This document shows positions 37,997 through 47,000 of a stretch of 64,000 bases of DNA, in pieces. Within the stretch, counting starts at the first letter, position 1. Every line of letters begins with the position of its first letter. The DNA is from Chloroherpetonaceae bacterium. GTDB lineage: Bacteria > Bacteroidota > Chlorobiia > Chlorobiales > Thermochlorobacteraceae. The translations under genes were made by a program, and so were the position numbers. Location: positions 78,159-142,158 of the forward strand of contig JANWWM010000016.1 of NCBI GenBank assembly GCA_025055975.1, given 5' to 3'. Below the pieces are notes generated by a model, which did no database searches, was not told the origin of the DNA, and saw only the letters and a list, made by a program, of their open reading frames with translations.

Positions 37997-38965
37997 CTAT
38001 CGGCTTCCTTCGCTCGACGCGCCTCCGCCCGACCCTGCGAAGTATGGCTCATACACGTTGCCGCGCGAAGGGTCGACGCGCCGCAAGACGAGATAAACTT
38101 CCTGCTTCAGTTCGGGCGAAGCGTTCTTGAAAATTTCTCCGATTTCTATCGCTTTGGCTTCGAAAAAGCGCTTCACGACCAAACTGCGCGGGAAACGCGC
38201 GTCGATTTCGGCGATTTTTTTCAGCGCGTCGGCGATGCGTCGGCGGGCTTTGTCAGGATCTTTGTGAAACTCGTCGAGTCCGTTGTAGTGGTAGTTGTAG
38301 AATTCCTCGCGGAACGGCAGGAAGCGCGGGTCGAGATATTCTTGAATCATCTGAGCGCGATTGTCGCCGCCGCCGTCGTCGGCGCGCCAGCCCCGCGCGA
38401 AGTTGCCCGTCGCTTGCGTTTGCGCCAGTTGCCGAATGTTAAAGGCTTTCGTGAAGAGCGGCGTGCCGCCGTGCTTGTCGAAGGTGTCGGCATCGAAGGC
38501 GAGAATCAGGTAGGCGTAATAATCCAGCAACGTGCCCAGCGGCGTGAAGACCAACTCGTTGTGAATGAGAACGTTTTGACGCTCGTCGTAGGCGAAATTC
38601 ACGTTCGCGTCGAGCATTCGCAGCAGCGACGACGAGCGCAACGAGCGATAAATCGGACGCGACGCGCCCACGAACATCTGCGCGCTATACTGCGCGGGCG
38701 CGACATTGACGTTCGCCGAAAGAAACGTGAATTCAATCTGACATTGAATCCTGTCCTCGTCCGTTTCAAATTCAGGGTTGTTCGTCCAGCGATGGCGGTT
38801 TAGATAGTCCATCACCGTTTGGCGAAAATTGACGAGCCGCACGCGCGCTTCGGCGGGCAACTGCTCGACATTGACGCGCACATCGACCTGCAACTCCTGT
38901 CCCAAAAGCGCGGGCGAAAGCGCAAGAAGCCATCCGACGAAACCCCAACGCGACATCGCTTGCAA
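37997..38965 (-). CDS. DUF4835-family protein (T9SS PorD-type)
   Basis: Signal peptide, then QELQVDVRVNVEQLP...WTNN, SRPIYRS, YYAYLILAFDADTFDKHGGTPLF, PFREEFYNYHYNGLDEF and FFEAKAIEIGEIF blocks. Confidence 0.75.
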   Translation of the reverse strand: MQAMSRWGFVGWLLALSPALLGQELQVDVRVNVEQLPAEARVRLVNFRQTVMDYLNRHRWTNNPEFETDEDRIQCQIEFTFLSANVNVAPAQYSAQMFVGASRPIYRSLRSSSLLRMLDANVNFAYDERQNVLIHNELVFTPLGTLLDYYAYLILAFDADTFDKHGGTPLFTKAFNIRQLAQTQATGNFARGWRADDGGGDNRAQMIQEYLDPRFLPFREEFYNYHYNGLDEFHKDPDKARRRIADALKKIAEIDARFPRSLVVKRFFEAKAIEIGEIFKNASPELKQEVYLVLRRVDPSRGNVYEPYFAGSGGGASSEGSR

Positions 38966-38967
38966 TG

Positions 38968-39501
38968 TTAGAGCGGGAAAACCACGACGAAGGAAATGTA
39001 GAGAAATTCGTCGGTCGGAATCAAGGCTAATTTCGGTCGCTCGACGTTGTGGTCGGCGAGTTTAACGGTCATTTTTCCCGCGATGGTCGTTTTGCCGTTT
39101 TGCGATTCTTTCTTTGCGACGAAGGAAATCGGCTTCGCAACGCCGTGAAAGGTCAGTTTGCCCGACACGTGAAGTTCGTCGCCGCTCGTCGTGATTTGCT
39201 CGCTTGCGAAAGAGACTTCGGGATACGTGAACGCATCGATGACTTCCATCGCGTGCGAATCGCGGTTGGAGTTTCCGCTGTCGAAATTCATCACGTCGGC
39301 GACGACCCGCGCCGACTTGATTTCGTTGGCTTCGGTCACTTCAATTTCGCACAGGAATTCCTTGCACGTGGCTTCGACGTTGTGAAGCGGATGCGCGAGC
39401 GAATACGTCAGCCTCGATTCGCCCTTGATGGCGGAGACTTTTTTCGTCTCGATGTTGAGCGAAAGACACGCGAGCAGTCCGACGAAGAGAATGTTCATCA
39501 T
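38968..39501 (-). CDS. YceI-family periplasmic (polyisoprenoid-binding-like) protein
   Basis: Signal peptide; FDSGNSNRDSHAMEVIDAFTYPEVSF and LTFHGVAKPISF blocks. Confidence 0.8.
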   Translation of the reverse strand: MMNILFVGLLACLSLNIETKKVSAIKGESRLTYSLAHPLHNVEATCKEFLCEIEVTEANEIKSARVVADVMNFDSGNSNRDSHAMEVIDAFTYPEVSFASEQITTSGDELHVSGKLTFHGVAKPISFVAKKESQNGKTTIAGKMTVKLADHNVERPKLALIPTDEFLYISFVVVFPL

Positions 39502-39504
39502 CGT

Positions 39505-40197
39505 TCAAAACGCGAGCGAGATGATGGACGCGCTGAACGCGGCGGCGGTCACGTATGCCGCGATTTGATGCGCGCGAGCCTTTTGGTAGTAATCGCCGTT
39601 TGGGCTTGCGATGCGATTTGCCAAAATCGGCGTGAGAATCATTCCCGCGAAATGAATCGTGGCGAAAAGTTTGTGCGAGGAAATCGCGTCCCATTCGTCG
39701 CGTCGAATCGCGGGCGGCGGCGAAAAGAGCGAAAAGCCCGCCGTCGTCATATACGCCACGACCGTCGCTCTGCCGAGCGCGCGCTTTGCGTCGTAGAGCG
39801 CGACGTCGCCTCCGAGATAACGCTCGCCCGCGACGATGGTCGCAATCATCAAGCCCAGCGTCGCAATGCCCGACGCTTGATGCAGCGTGAGCATTATGCG
39901 GCGCGCTTCCAACTCTCGTTTGCGCGATTCGGGCGTGAGCGGCGCGACCCCCGTGATTCTGAACAATCCGCTTTCGCCCCAAAACGCGCGTTCCATCAGA
40001 CTGACGTTTTTCGGAAGCAATCGTCGCCGACGCGCCAATTCGAGCGAGTCGGTCTCGAGCCGCGTCGCCTCATAGCGCGCTTGTTTGCTTTCTTGTCGAT
40101 GAAAGACGACGGAGTTCGTTTCGCGGGCGGCAATCTGCGCCATAAGCCAGTCTGAAACGCCAAGCAAAGCGAGCGAAAGCAAAATGAGCTTCATCAA
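39505..40197 (-). CDS. uncharacterised 4-TM membrane protein with conserved-looking His residues
   Basis: Signal peptide, an Arg/Glu-rich segment of about 80 aa, then four hydrophobic helices carrying His (LTLHQASG, SSHKLFATIHFAG, RAHQIAAY). It overlaps the upstream Rieske gene by 4 nt. No family was recognised. Confidence 0.6.
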   Translation of the reverse strand: MMKLILLSLALLGVSDWLMAQIAARETNSVVFHRQESKQARYEATRLETDSLELARRRRLLPKNVSLMERAFWGESGLFRITGVAPLTPESRKRELEARRIMLTLHQASGIATLGLMIATIVAGERYLGGDVALYDAKRALGRATVVAYMTTAGFSLFSPPPAIRRDEWDAISSHKLFATIHFAGMILTPILANRIASPNGDYYQKARAHQIAAYVTAAAFSASIISLAF

Positions 40198-40682
40198 AAC
40201 GTGATGGTTACGACTTGCGTCTCGGCGTTGAAGGCGGTTTCAAACGCGGTTAGTCCGCGCGGCGCGATTCCGCCGATGCGCGCGCCGAAGTTGCTGGCTT
40301 GCATGCTGAAAACGGAGTTGTGGCACGGGCATTCCACCTGCGTTTGCGTTGGCGTTCCCACGTCGCACCCCGCATGCGGACAAACGACGGACACCGTCCG
40401 AAATTCCGTTTCGGCGACGCGACGAATAATCACGTCTCTGCCGCCGTTGCGATTGGCGCCGAAATTGCGTCGCAAAATGCCGCCGACGGTTCGCAGCGCC
40501 TCAAACCCCGATTCGTTCAGGTTGAACGAAACTTTTTCGCCCGTGCGAGAGGACGTTGGGTCGTCTTTGCCGCATCCCGAAAGGGCTGAAACGAGCGTCG
40601 CGCTTCCAACGAGAGCGAGCGCGCTCGCCGTCGCCGTTTTCAAAAACTCTCGGCGCGAAACGTCCGTAAGTTCGTTTTTCAT
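40194..40682 (-). CDS. Tat-exported lipoprotein Rieske [2Fe-2S] protein
   Basis: Twin-arginine motif SRREFLK, lipobox LSGC, and Rieske boxes CPHAGCDV and CPCHNSVF. Length is 162 aa. Confidence 0.85.
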   Translation of the reverse strand: MKNELTDVSRREFLKTATASALALVGSATLVSALSGCGKDDPTSSRTGEKVSFNLNESGFEALRTVGGILRRNFGANRNGGRDVIIRRVAETEFRTVSVVCPHAGCDVGTPTQTQVECPCHNSVFSMQASNFGARIGGIAPRGLTAFETAFNAETQVVTITF

Positions 40683-40715
40683 CGTTGCGTTTAGATTTAG
40701 GTCGATATTCGCTAT

Positions 40716-40899
40716 GGATTCCTTGCTCCGCTCGGAATGACGAGGCGAAACGCTCGGCGCGACAAAGCCTCTGCGTCATTCTGAACGAAGCGCAGCGGAG
40801 CGAGGCATCCGCTTTCAGAGAAGCAGGCGCATTCAATTCGCAATTCACGATTCGCAATTCGCAATTCGTCGCGGATTCCTCGCTCGCGCTTGGAACGAC
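40716..40899. repeat. cluster of three palindromic repeat units flanking a heptamer array
   Basis: Units lie at 40716-40742, 40775-40810 (with a 9-nt internal insertion) and 40873-40899. The first two are inverted relative to each other. Confidence 0.7.
40831..40872. repeat. tandem heptanucleotide array (TCGCAAT)n
   Basis: attcaat tcgcaat tcacgat tcgcaat tcgcaat tcgtcgc: three exact and three degenerate 7-nt units. Confidence 0.75.
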
Positions 40900-40996
40900 A
40901 AGCCTTTTCCGTCGCGCTTTTCCGCTGAAAACGCGCAAAGGCGGCTAAACCGTTTTCGTCGCAAGGCGCGCGATGAACGCTTTGCGACACGTCGCG

Positions 40997-41545
40997 TCAG
41001 GTCTTGACTTTTCGCGTTTTCTTGGGCGGCGCGAGTCGAAGTTCGGCTTCGTCTTTGACGCGCGTGATTTTCGCGTCGCCCCACAGTTTTTCGAGTCCGT
41101 AGAATTCGCGTCGCTCTTTGGTGAAAATATGAACGATGACGTTCACGTAGTCCAAGACGATCCAAGTCATTTCTTTGTCGTCGACGTAGATGGGGCGTTC
41201 ATCGTCGAGGAGCAATCCGTCGCGCACCGCGTCGGAGATGGCTTTGACTTGCTTGTCGGAGTCGGCGGAGCACAACACGAAGTAATCGGTGATGTCGGTC
41301 AAGCCGCGCACGTCGATGATGGTAACGTCGTAGGCTTTTTTGGTGAACATCAGTTCGGCGATGCGGCGCGTGAGCAATTCGCCCTCGTCGAGATGAACGA
41401 CGATGGGCGTGGTGGTCGTCGTTTTTTTCGTCGGGGCGGCTTTTGCGGATTTCGCGGTCGTTTTTCTCGCGGGCTTTGATTTGGTCGCCGTCGCTTTGGT
41501 TTGGCGGGCGGTTGATGTTTTCGCGGTTGCGTTTTTTGGCTTCAA
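40997..41545 (-). CDS. rsfS: ribosome silencing factor RsfS with a Lys/Thr/Ala-rich N-terminal extension
   Basis: The core is AYDVTIIDVRGLTDITDYFVLCSADSDKQVKAISDAV...DYVNVIVHIFTKERREFYGLEKLWGDA. It is preceded by about 50 aa of KTSTARQTKATATKSKPARKTTAKSAKAAPTKKTTTTT. Confidence 0.85.
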   Translation of the reverse strand: MKPKNATAKTSTARQTKATATKSKPARKTTAKSAKAAPTKKTTTTTPIVVHLDEGELLTRRIAELMFTKKAYDVTIIDVRGLTDITDYFVLCSADSDKQVKAISDAVRDGLLLDDERPIYVDDKEMTWIVLDYVNVIVHIFTKERREFYGLEKLWGDAKITRVKDEAELRLAPPKKTRKVKT

Positions 41546-41580
41546 GGCTCAAACGGTTAAAGTTGCGCGTTGATGAAGCG

Positions 41581-41868
41581 TCAAGGTCGAATTTCGAAGA
41601 CGGCGTATCGGCGTTCCGCGTCGCTTTGAAGCGTCGAGCGTCGTTCTTTGACTTCTCGCACGCTTGCGCCGATGGGTCCTTTTTTGAGTTCCGTCACGAG
41701 CGCGTCCAACGCTTCGCTGTCGCCTTCGGCTTCGAGTTCCACCGTTCCGTCGGGCAAGTTGCGCACCCAGCCTTTGACGCCGAGTCGTTCGGCGGCTCGC
41801 TGAACGAACCATCGATAGCCCACGCCTTGAACTCGCCCGTTGGCGATCGCGTGCAATCGTTGAAGCAT
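41581..41868 (-). CDS. acyP: acylphosphatase
   Basis: 95 aa with GRVQGVGYRWF...GWVRNLPDGTVE. Confidence 0.85.
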   Translation of the reverse strand: MLQRLHAIANGRVQGVGYRWFVQRAAERLGVKGWVRNLPDGTVELEAEGDSEALDALVTELKKGPIGASVREVKERRSTLQSDAERRYAVFEIRP

Positions 41869-41889
41869 AGCCCAAGTTGCCGTTGAAAC

Positions 41890-43923
41890 CTAATTCTCGC
41901 TTGCGCCGCGCGCGGCTTTGAGTTTTTCGACGGCGGCTTCGAGTTCGCGTCGCTCTTCTTCGCTCATCGTTGGCTTGGATTCGGCGACGGCGAGTTCTCG
42001 ATTCGTGTTTGCGTCGTCCATGTTCGGACGCTTGCCGAGAATTTCCTCGATGTCCTTGTAGTTCAGCACTTCGCGCTTCAAAAGTTCGCTCGCCATTTGT
42101 TCGAGTTTGTCGCGGTTGGCGACGAGCAAATCGCGCGTGGCTTGATGCGCTTCGCTCACGATGCGCTTGACTTCGTCGTCGATGAGCTTGGCGGTTTCTT
42201 CGCTGTAACGCTTTTCGATGCCAAGCCCTTGCAGATACATATTGCTCGAGTCGGCGTAGGAAAGGTAGCCGAGTTTGTCGCTCATCCCGTAGATGGCGAC
42301 CATGCTGTAAGCGATGTCGGTAACGCGCTCCAAGTCGTTTTGCGCGCCCGTCGAGATGGAGTTGAAGACGAGTTCTTCGGCGACTCGCCCGCCAAGCAAG
42401 CCGCAGATGCGCGCAAAGAGTTCTTCTTTCGTCATCAAGTAGCGGTCTTCAAGCGGCATGTTGAGCGTGTAGCCCAAGGCGCTTACGCCGCGCGGCACGA
42501 TGGTAACCTTTTGCGGCGGATCGTTGCCTTCCATCAGCCAACTGACGATGGCATGCCCGCACTCGTGATAGGCGACGACCTTTTTTTCCTTCGGATTGAT
42601 GACCTTGTTTTTCTTTTCCAAGCCCGCGATGACGCGCTCGATGGCGTCTTGAAAATCAATCATCTCCACCGCGTCTTTGTTGCGACGCGAGGCGAGCAAG
42701 GCGGCTTCGTTGCACACGTTGGCGAGTTCCGCGCCCGCAAAGCCCGGCGTTTGAGACGCGATGATTTTCAAATCCACGTCTTTTGCGAGCGGCATGTTTT
42801 TCGTGTGGACTTTGAGAATGTCGATGCGTCCTTTGAGGTCGGGTTTGTCGATGACGATTTGGCGGTCGAAGCGACCGGGGCGCAAGAGCGCGGGGTCCAA
42901 CACGTCGGGGCGATTGGTCGCCGCCATCATAATGACGCCTTTGTCGGTGGCGAAGCCGTCCATTTCGACGAGCAGTTGGTTGAGCGTGTTTTCGCGCTCG
43001 TCGTTGACGCCCATCATAATGCCTCTGCCGCGCGAGCGTCCGACGGCATCGATTTCATCGATGAAGATGATGCACGGGGCTTTTTCTTTGGCGGTTTTGA
43101 ACAAGTCGCGCACGCGCGCCGCGCCCACGCCGACGAACATTTCCACGAAGTCCGAACCCGACAGCGAAAAGAACGGCACGCCCGCTTCGCCCGCGACGGC
43201 TTTCGCCATCAAGGTTTTGCCCGCGCCTGGCGGTCCGACGAGCAACACGCCCTTCGGAAGTTTGCCGCCAAGCTTGGTGAACTTCTTGGGGTCTTTGAGA
43301 AACTCGACGATTTCCATCACTTCCTCTTTCGCTTCGTCCAAGCCCGCGACGTCCTTGAACGTGATGCGCGGACTGTTTTCGTCGTGCTCGTAAAGCGCGG
43401 CTCGATTTTTGCCGATGTTCATCACTTGCGAATTCGGATTCATTCGTCGGAAGATGAACAAATAGACGACGATGAGCAGCGCGATTGGGAATACCCACTG
43501 CAACATATCGGTGAACCAATTGCTGTCGGAAATGCCTTGAATCTTCACGCCTTGCGCTTCGAGCTTTTCGATGAGCTTGTCGTCGCGGAACGTGACGAGC
43601 GTGTAGAAGCGTCGCGCCTCGACTTTCGGACGGAAAAAGGAGTTCGTTTGCCGATTTTTTTCTTCGAGTTGATAGCCGGGCTTGAGCGTGGCGTAAATGC
43701 GCGAGGGAGAAATTTGGACGGACTCGATCTTGCCCTCGTCGAGCATTCGCTTGAACTCGCTGTAAGGCAGTTCCGCCGTCGTGCCCGACCACAAAAACGT
43801 GATTTGAATCCCAATCAGAATCAAAATCGCCAAGACATAGTATATCGCCGTGAATTTTGGTTTGCCGTTCTTCTTTTTCTTGTCGTCTTGGTTGAACTCG
43901 TCAAAAAAATTGTTCTCTGCCAT
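41890..43923 (-). CDS. ftsH: ATP-dependent zinc metalloprotease FtsH
   Basis: Walker A GPPGAGKT, Walker [12 protein letters not shown], and Zn site HECGHA. Two N-terminal TM helices. Confidence 0.97.
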   Translation of the reverse strand: MAENNFFDEFNQDDKKKKNGKPKFTAIYYVLAILILIGIQITFLWSGTTAELPYSEFKRMLDEGKIESVQISPSRIYATLKPGYQLEEKNRQTNSFFRPKVEARRFYTLVTFRDDKLIEKLEAQGVKIQGISDSNWFTDMLQWVFPIALLIVVYLFIFRRMNPNSQVMNIGKNRAALYEHDENSPRITFKDVAGLDEAKEEVMEIVEFLKDPKKFTKLGGKLPKGVLLVGPPGAGKTLMAKAVAGEAGVPFFSLSGSDFVEMFVGVGAARVRDLFKTAKEKAPCIIFIDEIDAVGRSRGRGIMMGVNDERENTLNQLLVEMDGFATDKGVIMMAATNRPDVLDPALLRPGRFDRQIVIDKPDLKGRIDILKVHTKNMPLAKDVDLKIIASQTPGFAGAELANVCNEAALLASRRNKDAVEMIDFQDAIERVIAGLEKKNKVINPKEKKVVAYHECGHAIVSWLMEGNDPPQKVTIVPRGVSALGYTLNMPLEDRYLMTKEELFARICGLLGGRVAEELVFNSISTGAQNDLERVTDIAYSMVAIYGMSDKLGYLSYADSSNMYLQGLGIEKRYSEETAKLIDDEVKRIVSEAHQATRDLLVANRDKLEQMASELLKREVLNYKDIEEILGKRPNMDDANTNRELAVAESKPTMSEEERRELEAAVEKLKAARGASEN

Positions 43924-44067
43924 AATTGCCTTTGCGTTTCGAAGTGAGAATGAAAATTAGTTTCGTCGATTCGCGTTCGAGCGAGACAAAGTTTCGCGCG
44001 GAAAACCGTTTGGGCGATTTCCGTATATTGACAGCCGCAAAGCGATAATAGGCGGAACGCCGAACCT

Positions 44068-46314
44068 TTGCAAATGAAACGTAATTTCGCCGCATTGCCA
44101 ACTTTCCTGCTCGCCGCCGCAGGCATTTTGGCAGCCTCCGCTCTTTCGCCACGCGACGCTTCGCTTCTCGCCCAAAGCGTCGTTTCGCGTTTGGATTCAA
44201 CGCGCAAATCGCCGACAACGTTTGCGCCGCGCCGCGACAGCGCGAAATTCTACATAATTCTCCCGCCCGTTCCTTCGCTTTTTTCAACCGACCGTCGCGT
44301 CGTCGATAGCCTGCGCGATTTCGTCTATCATCGCCACGCGGAAGATTTCTTCGCTTTCGAGCCGCATTTTTTTTTGCGCGACAAAGTCGAGCTCGGTCAG
44401 CAAAACGAATTGCTCGCGGGCGGATTGGGCGCGCGTCATCAAGCGATTTTTCTCGACGACGTTTTGCTCAACGACCCGATTTCCTCGCAAGCGATTTATG
44501 CTCATCTTTCGAGCGAATCGTTCTCGGAACTCAATCTCTTCAATGGTTTTGGCGCGCTCGCCCTTTCGGCTTTTCCCGTCGCGTTTGAATCCAAGACGCA
44601 AAACATCGTCGCCGCCAAAGGCTACGCGAAAGCGCATTACTACCAATTTTCAGGATCGACGAACAAAATGGATGTCACGTTCGCGCTGAACCTTTCGGAG
44701 CGATGGAGTTTCTACGGCGGTTACGCGCGAGAAGGCGCGGAAGGCTTGTTTCGAAATTCGGGCGGATTCGGCGCGGAGCGATTCGGCTCGGCGAGCGAAG
44801 CCAACAAATTTCGCCTGCGCCTTCGCTACCAAAGCGGCGCGAGAACCTACGTCAATTTCGCCATCGAGCGCAATTCGCTCAATCTCAAACCGTTTGGCGG
44901 CGCAAATCTCATCGAGACGACGCGGCTCGGCGGCGACGTTTTCTCCCCACTTAGCGCCCTCATCGTCAATGAGTTCGCCCGTCGCCAAAACGCGCTGACG
45001 CTCTCCAAAGTCGAGCTTCAAACCGCGCTTCCCTTCATTCCCAAACGCTTTCGCGCCGACTCGCTCAACGTGTTCAAGGCGTGGATCGCTCTGGCGCGAT
45101 TTTCCAACGAATTCCAACAAACGCGGCGCGCGACGATTCTCGATCGCGAAACCTCTTCTCGTCTTTCTTTCGGCGCGACTCAAAAGCTCAAACTTTTTTT
45201 CTTTTCGCTCGCGTTGCGCGGCGTTTATTCGCTCGAATCCGTCGGCGAAAACAACACTCTCGCCAATTCGTCGTCTCAACGCATCAAGCCCATCGCTCGC
45301 TTGGCGGAACTTTCCGCGAGCGCGAAAACGACGTTCGAGCGTCTCGTTTTCGGCGAGGCGTTGGAAGCGAGCGCGTCTTTGAGTTCGACGACGAGAATCG
45401 TCTCAAACGCGCTCGGACAGAACTACGCGACGAGTTTTCTCTCGACGGGCGTTGGCGGCGAGGTCAATTTTCCGTTGTCGCCTTCGGGCGAGAGCGTTCT
45501 CAAAACGTTCGTCTCGATTTCGACGACGAGCCGCGTTCCTTCGCTGCGCGAAGTTTTTTCCGCGACCGACGTTCAAGGCGCGCAAGTTTGGCGCAACGAG
45601 CGCGTCAGCCAAGCCGAACTCGGCGCGGAACTGCGCCATTCCGACGCGCTCCGAATCAGGCTTTCCTCGCTGACGAGCCTCGTCTCTTCGCCCTATGCCA
45701 TCGTTCAAACGCGGACGAGCGACACGACCCTCGCTCTGCGTTATCAATCCTTGCGCGACCAAACGCTTTCGTATTCGGGCTTGGGCTTGGCGGCGCACAG
45801 CAAAATCGGCTTCGTCGAATCAACCCTCAACGCGACGCTCGTGTTGGACTACTCCCTGCTTGAAAATCCCGACCGCCCTTTCGTTAGCGGCTTGCGCGCG
45901 CAAGGCGACACGATCGACGCTCGCAGCGGACGAGTCTTTTATTTGCCGCGTTTCTACGCCAACGCCAGCCTTTATTTTCGCGGCAAACTTTTTCAGGGCG
46001 CGCTCGATTTGAAACTCGGCGCGATGGGCTACTTCCAAACCGACCTTGCCGCCGCGCTCCGAAACGCCGAGAGAGAAGCCACGTTCTTTTTCAACCTCAT
46101 CGAGCAAAACGGCGCTTTGCGCGACAACAACCTGCAATTCGGAACGCTTCGCCCAAAAGCCTCGATAGACCTGCAACTTTGGGCGGGCATTGGCAGCGGA
46201 ATGATTTTCTTTTTCGTCGAGAACGCTTTGAGCGCGCCCATCTTTCGCGCGCCGTTCTTCCCCGCGTATCAACGCGGGTTTCGCTTGGGCGTGAATTGGG
46301 AGTTTTTGGATTGA
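44068..46314 (+). CDS. outer-membrane beta-barrel protein (TonB-dependent-receptor-like)
   Basis: Signal peptide, a plug-like segment (DDVLLNDPISS...LNLFNG), and long alternating beta-strand sequence. It ends ...GVNWEFLD, two residues past a canonical terminal Phe. Confidence 0.45.
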   Translation: MQMKRNFAALPTFLLAAAGILAASALSPRDASLLAQSVVSRLDSTRKSPTTFAPRRDSAKFYIILPPVPSLFSTDRRVVDSLRDFVYHRHAEDFFAFEPHFFLRDKVELGQQNELLAGGLGARHQAIFLDDVLLNDPISSQAIYAHLSSESFSELNLFNGFGALALSAFPVAFESKTQNIVAAKGYAKAHYYQFSGSTNKMDVTFALNLSERWSFYGGYAREGAEGLFRNSGGFGAERFGSASEANKFRLRLRYQSGARTYVNFAIERNSLNLKPFGGANLIETTRLGGDVFSPLSALIVNEFARRQNALTLSKVELQTALPFIPKRFRADSLNVFKAWIALARFSNEFQQTRRATILDRETSSRLSFGATQKLKLFFFSLALRGVYSLESVGENNTLANSSSQRIKPIARLAELSASAKTTFERLVFGEALEASASLSSTTRIVSNALGQNYATSFLSTGVGGEVNFPLSPSGESVLKTFVSISTTSRVPSLREVFSATDVQGAQVWRNERVSQAELGAELRHSDALRIRLSSLTSLVSSPYAIVQTRTSDTTLALRYQSLRDQTLSYSGLGLAAHSKIGFVESTLNATLVLDYSLLENPDRPFVSGLRAQGDTIDARSGRVFYLPRFYANASLYFRGKLFQGALDLKLGAMGYFQTDLAAALRNAEREATFFFNLIEQNGALRDNNLQFGTLRPKASIDLQLWAGIGSGMIFFFVENALSAPIFRAPFFPAYQRGFRLGVNWEFLD

Positions 46315-46320
46315 AGGCTT

Positions 46321-46742
46321 ACTGTTTTTGCCGACCCGCCGTTCAACCTTCGCAAGAAATACAACAGCCACAATGACCGCTTGGAACTTGCGGAATATCT
46401 CGCTTGGCGCGAGACTTGGATTTCAGAGGCGGTTCGAATCACGAAGCCCACAGGCTCGATTTTTCTGCACAACATTCCAAAGTGGCTTACCTACTACGCC
46501 GCGTTTCTCAATTCCAAAGCCGACTTCAAGCATTAGATCGCTTTGGGACGCGCCAACCGCGCCAATGGGCAAAACCCTGCAACCCGCGCACTACGGCATT
46601 CTTTTCTACGCCAAAGACGCAAAGCGACTGAAATTCTACGAAGTCCGCTATCAACACAGGCGTTGTCGCAATTCATCGCATCAAACACAACAAGTATCGT
46701 GATGAACACCCGTGTCAACTGCCCGTTCACCTGCTTGAATGA
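46321..46742 (+). pseudogene. degraded beta-class N4/N6 DNA methyltransferase
   Basis: TVFADPPFNLRKKY (motif IV DPPF) ...SIFLHNIPKW...FKH is followed by an in-frame TAG at 46534. The sequence continues in the +1 frame as WDAPTAPMGKTLQPAHYGILFYAKDAKRLKFYEVRY..RRCR. It then continues in the next frame as HRIKHNKYRDEHPCQLPVHLLE and stops. The N-terminal lead-in and the C-terminal AdoMet motif I are missing. Confidence 0.7.
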
Positions 46743-47000
46743 AATCGCAACGATTCGTGATTGCGATTGGGCGGAATTGTCAAGGCATTTCGTCATTCCC
46801 GAACCGATTGAAGCGATTGAAACCACGCCGATTTTTTGCCGCAACGGGAAGGTCAAAAGCCTCCCATCTCCGCCAAGCTCGGCGCGCAGAAGCGTCGCTC
46901 CCCTTTTCGATGATTAGCCTCGTCTGAACGCTTGGGCTTTTTTCATAAATTTGCGCGTTTAATTTCCGAAGCAATCTCAACTAAGCGAACCGCATTGGCA

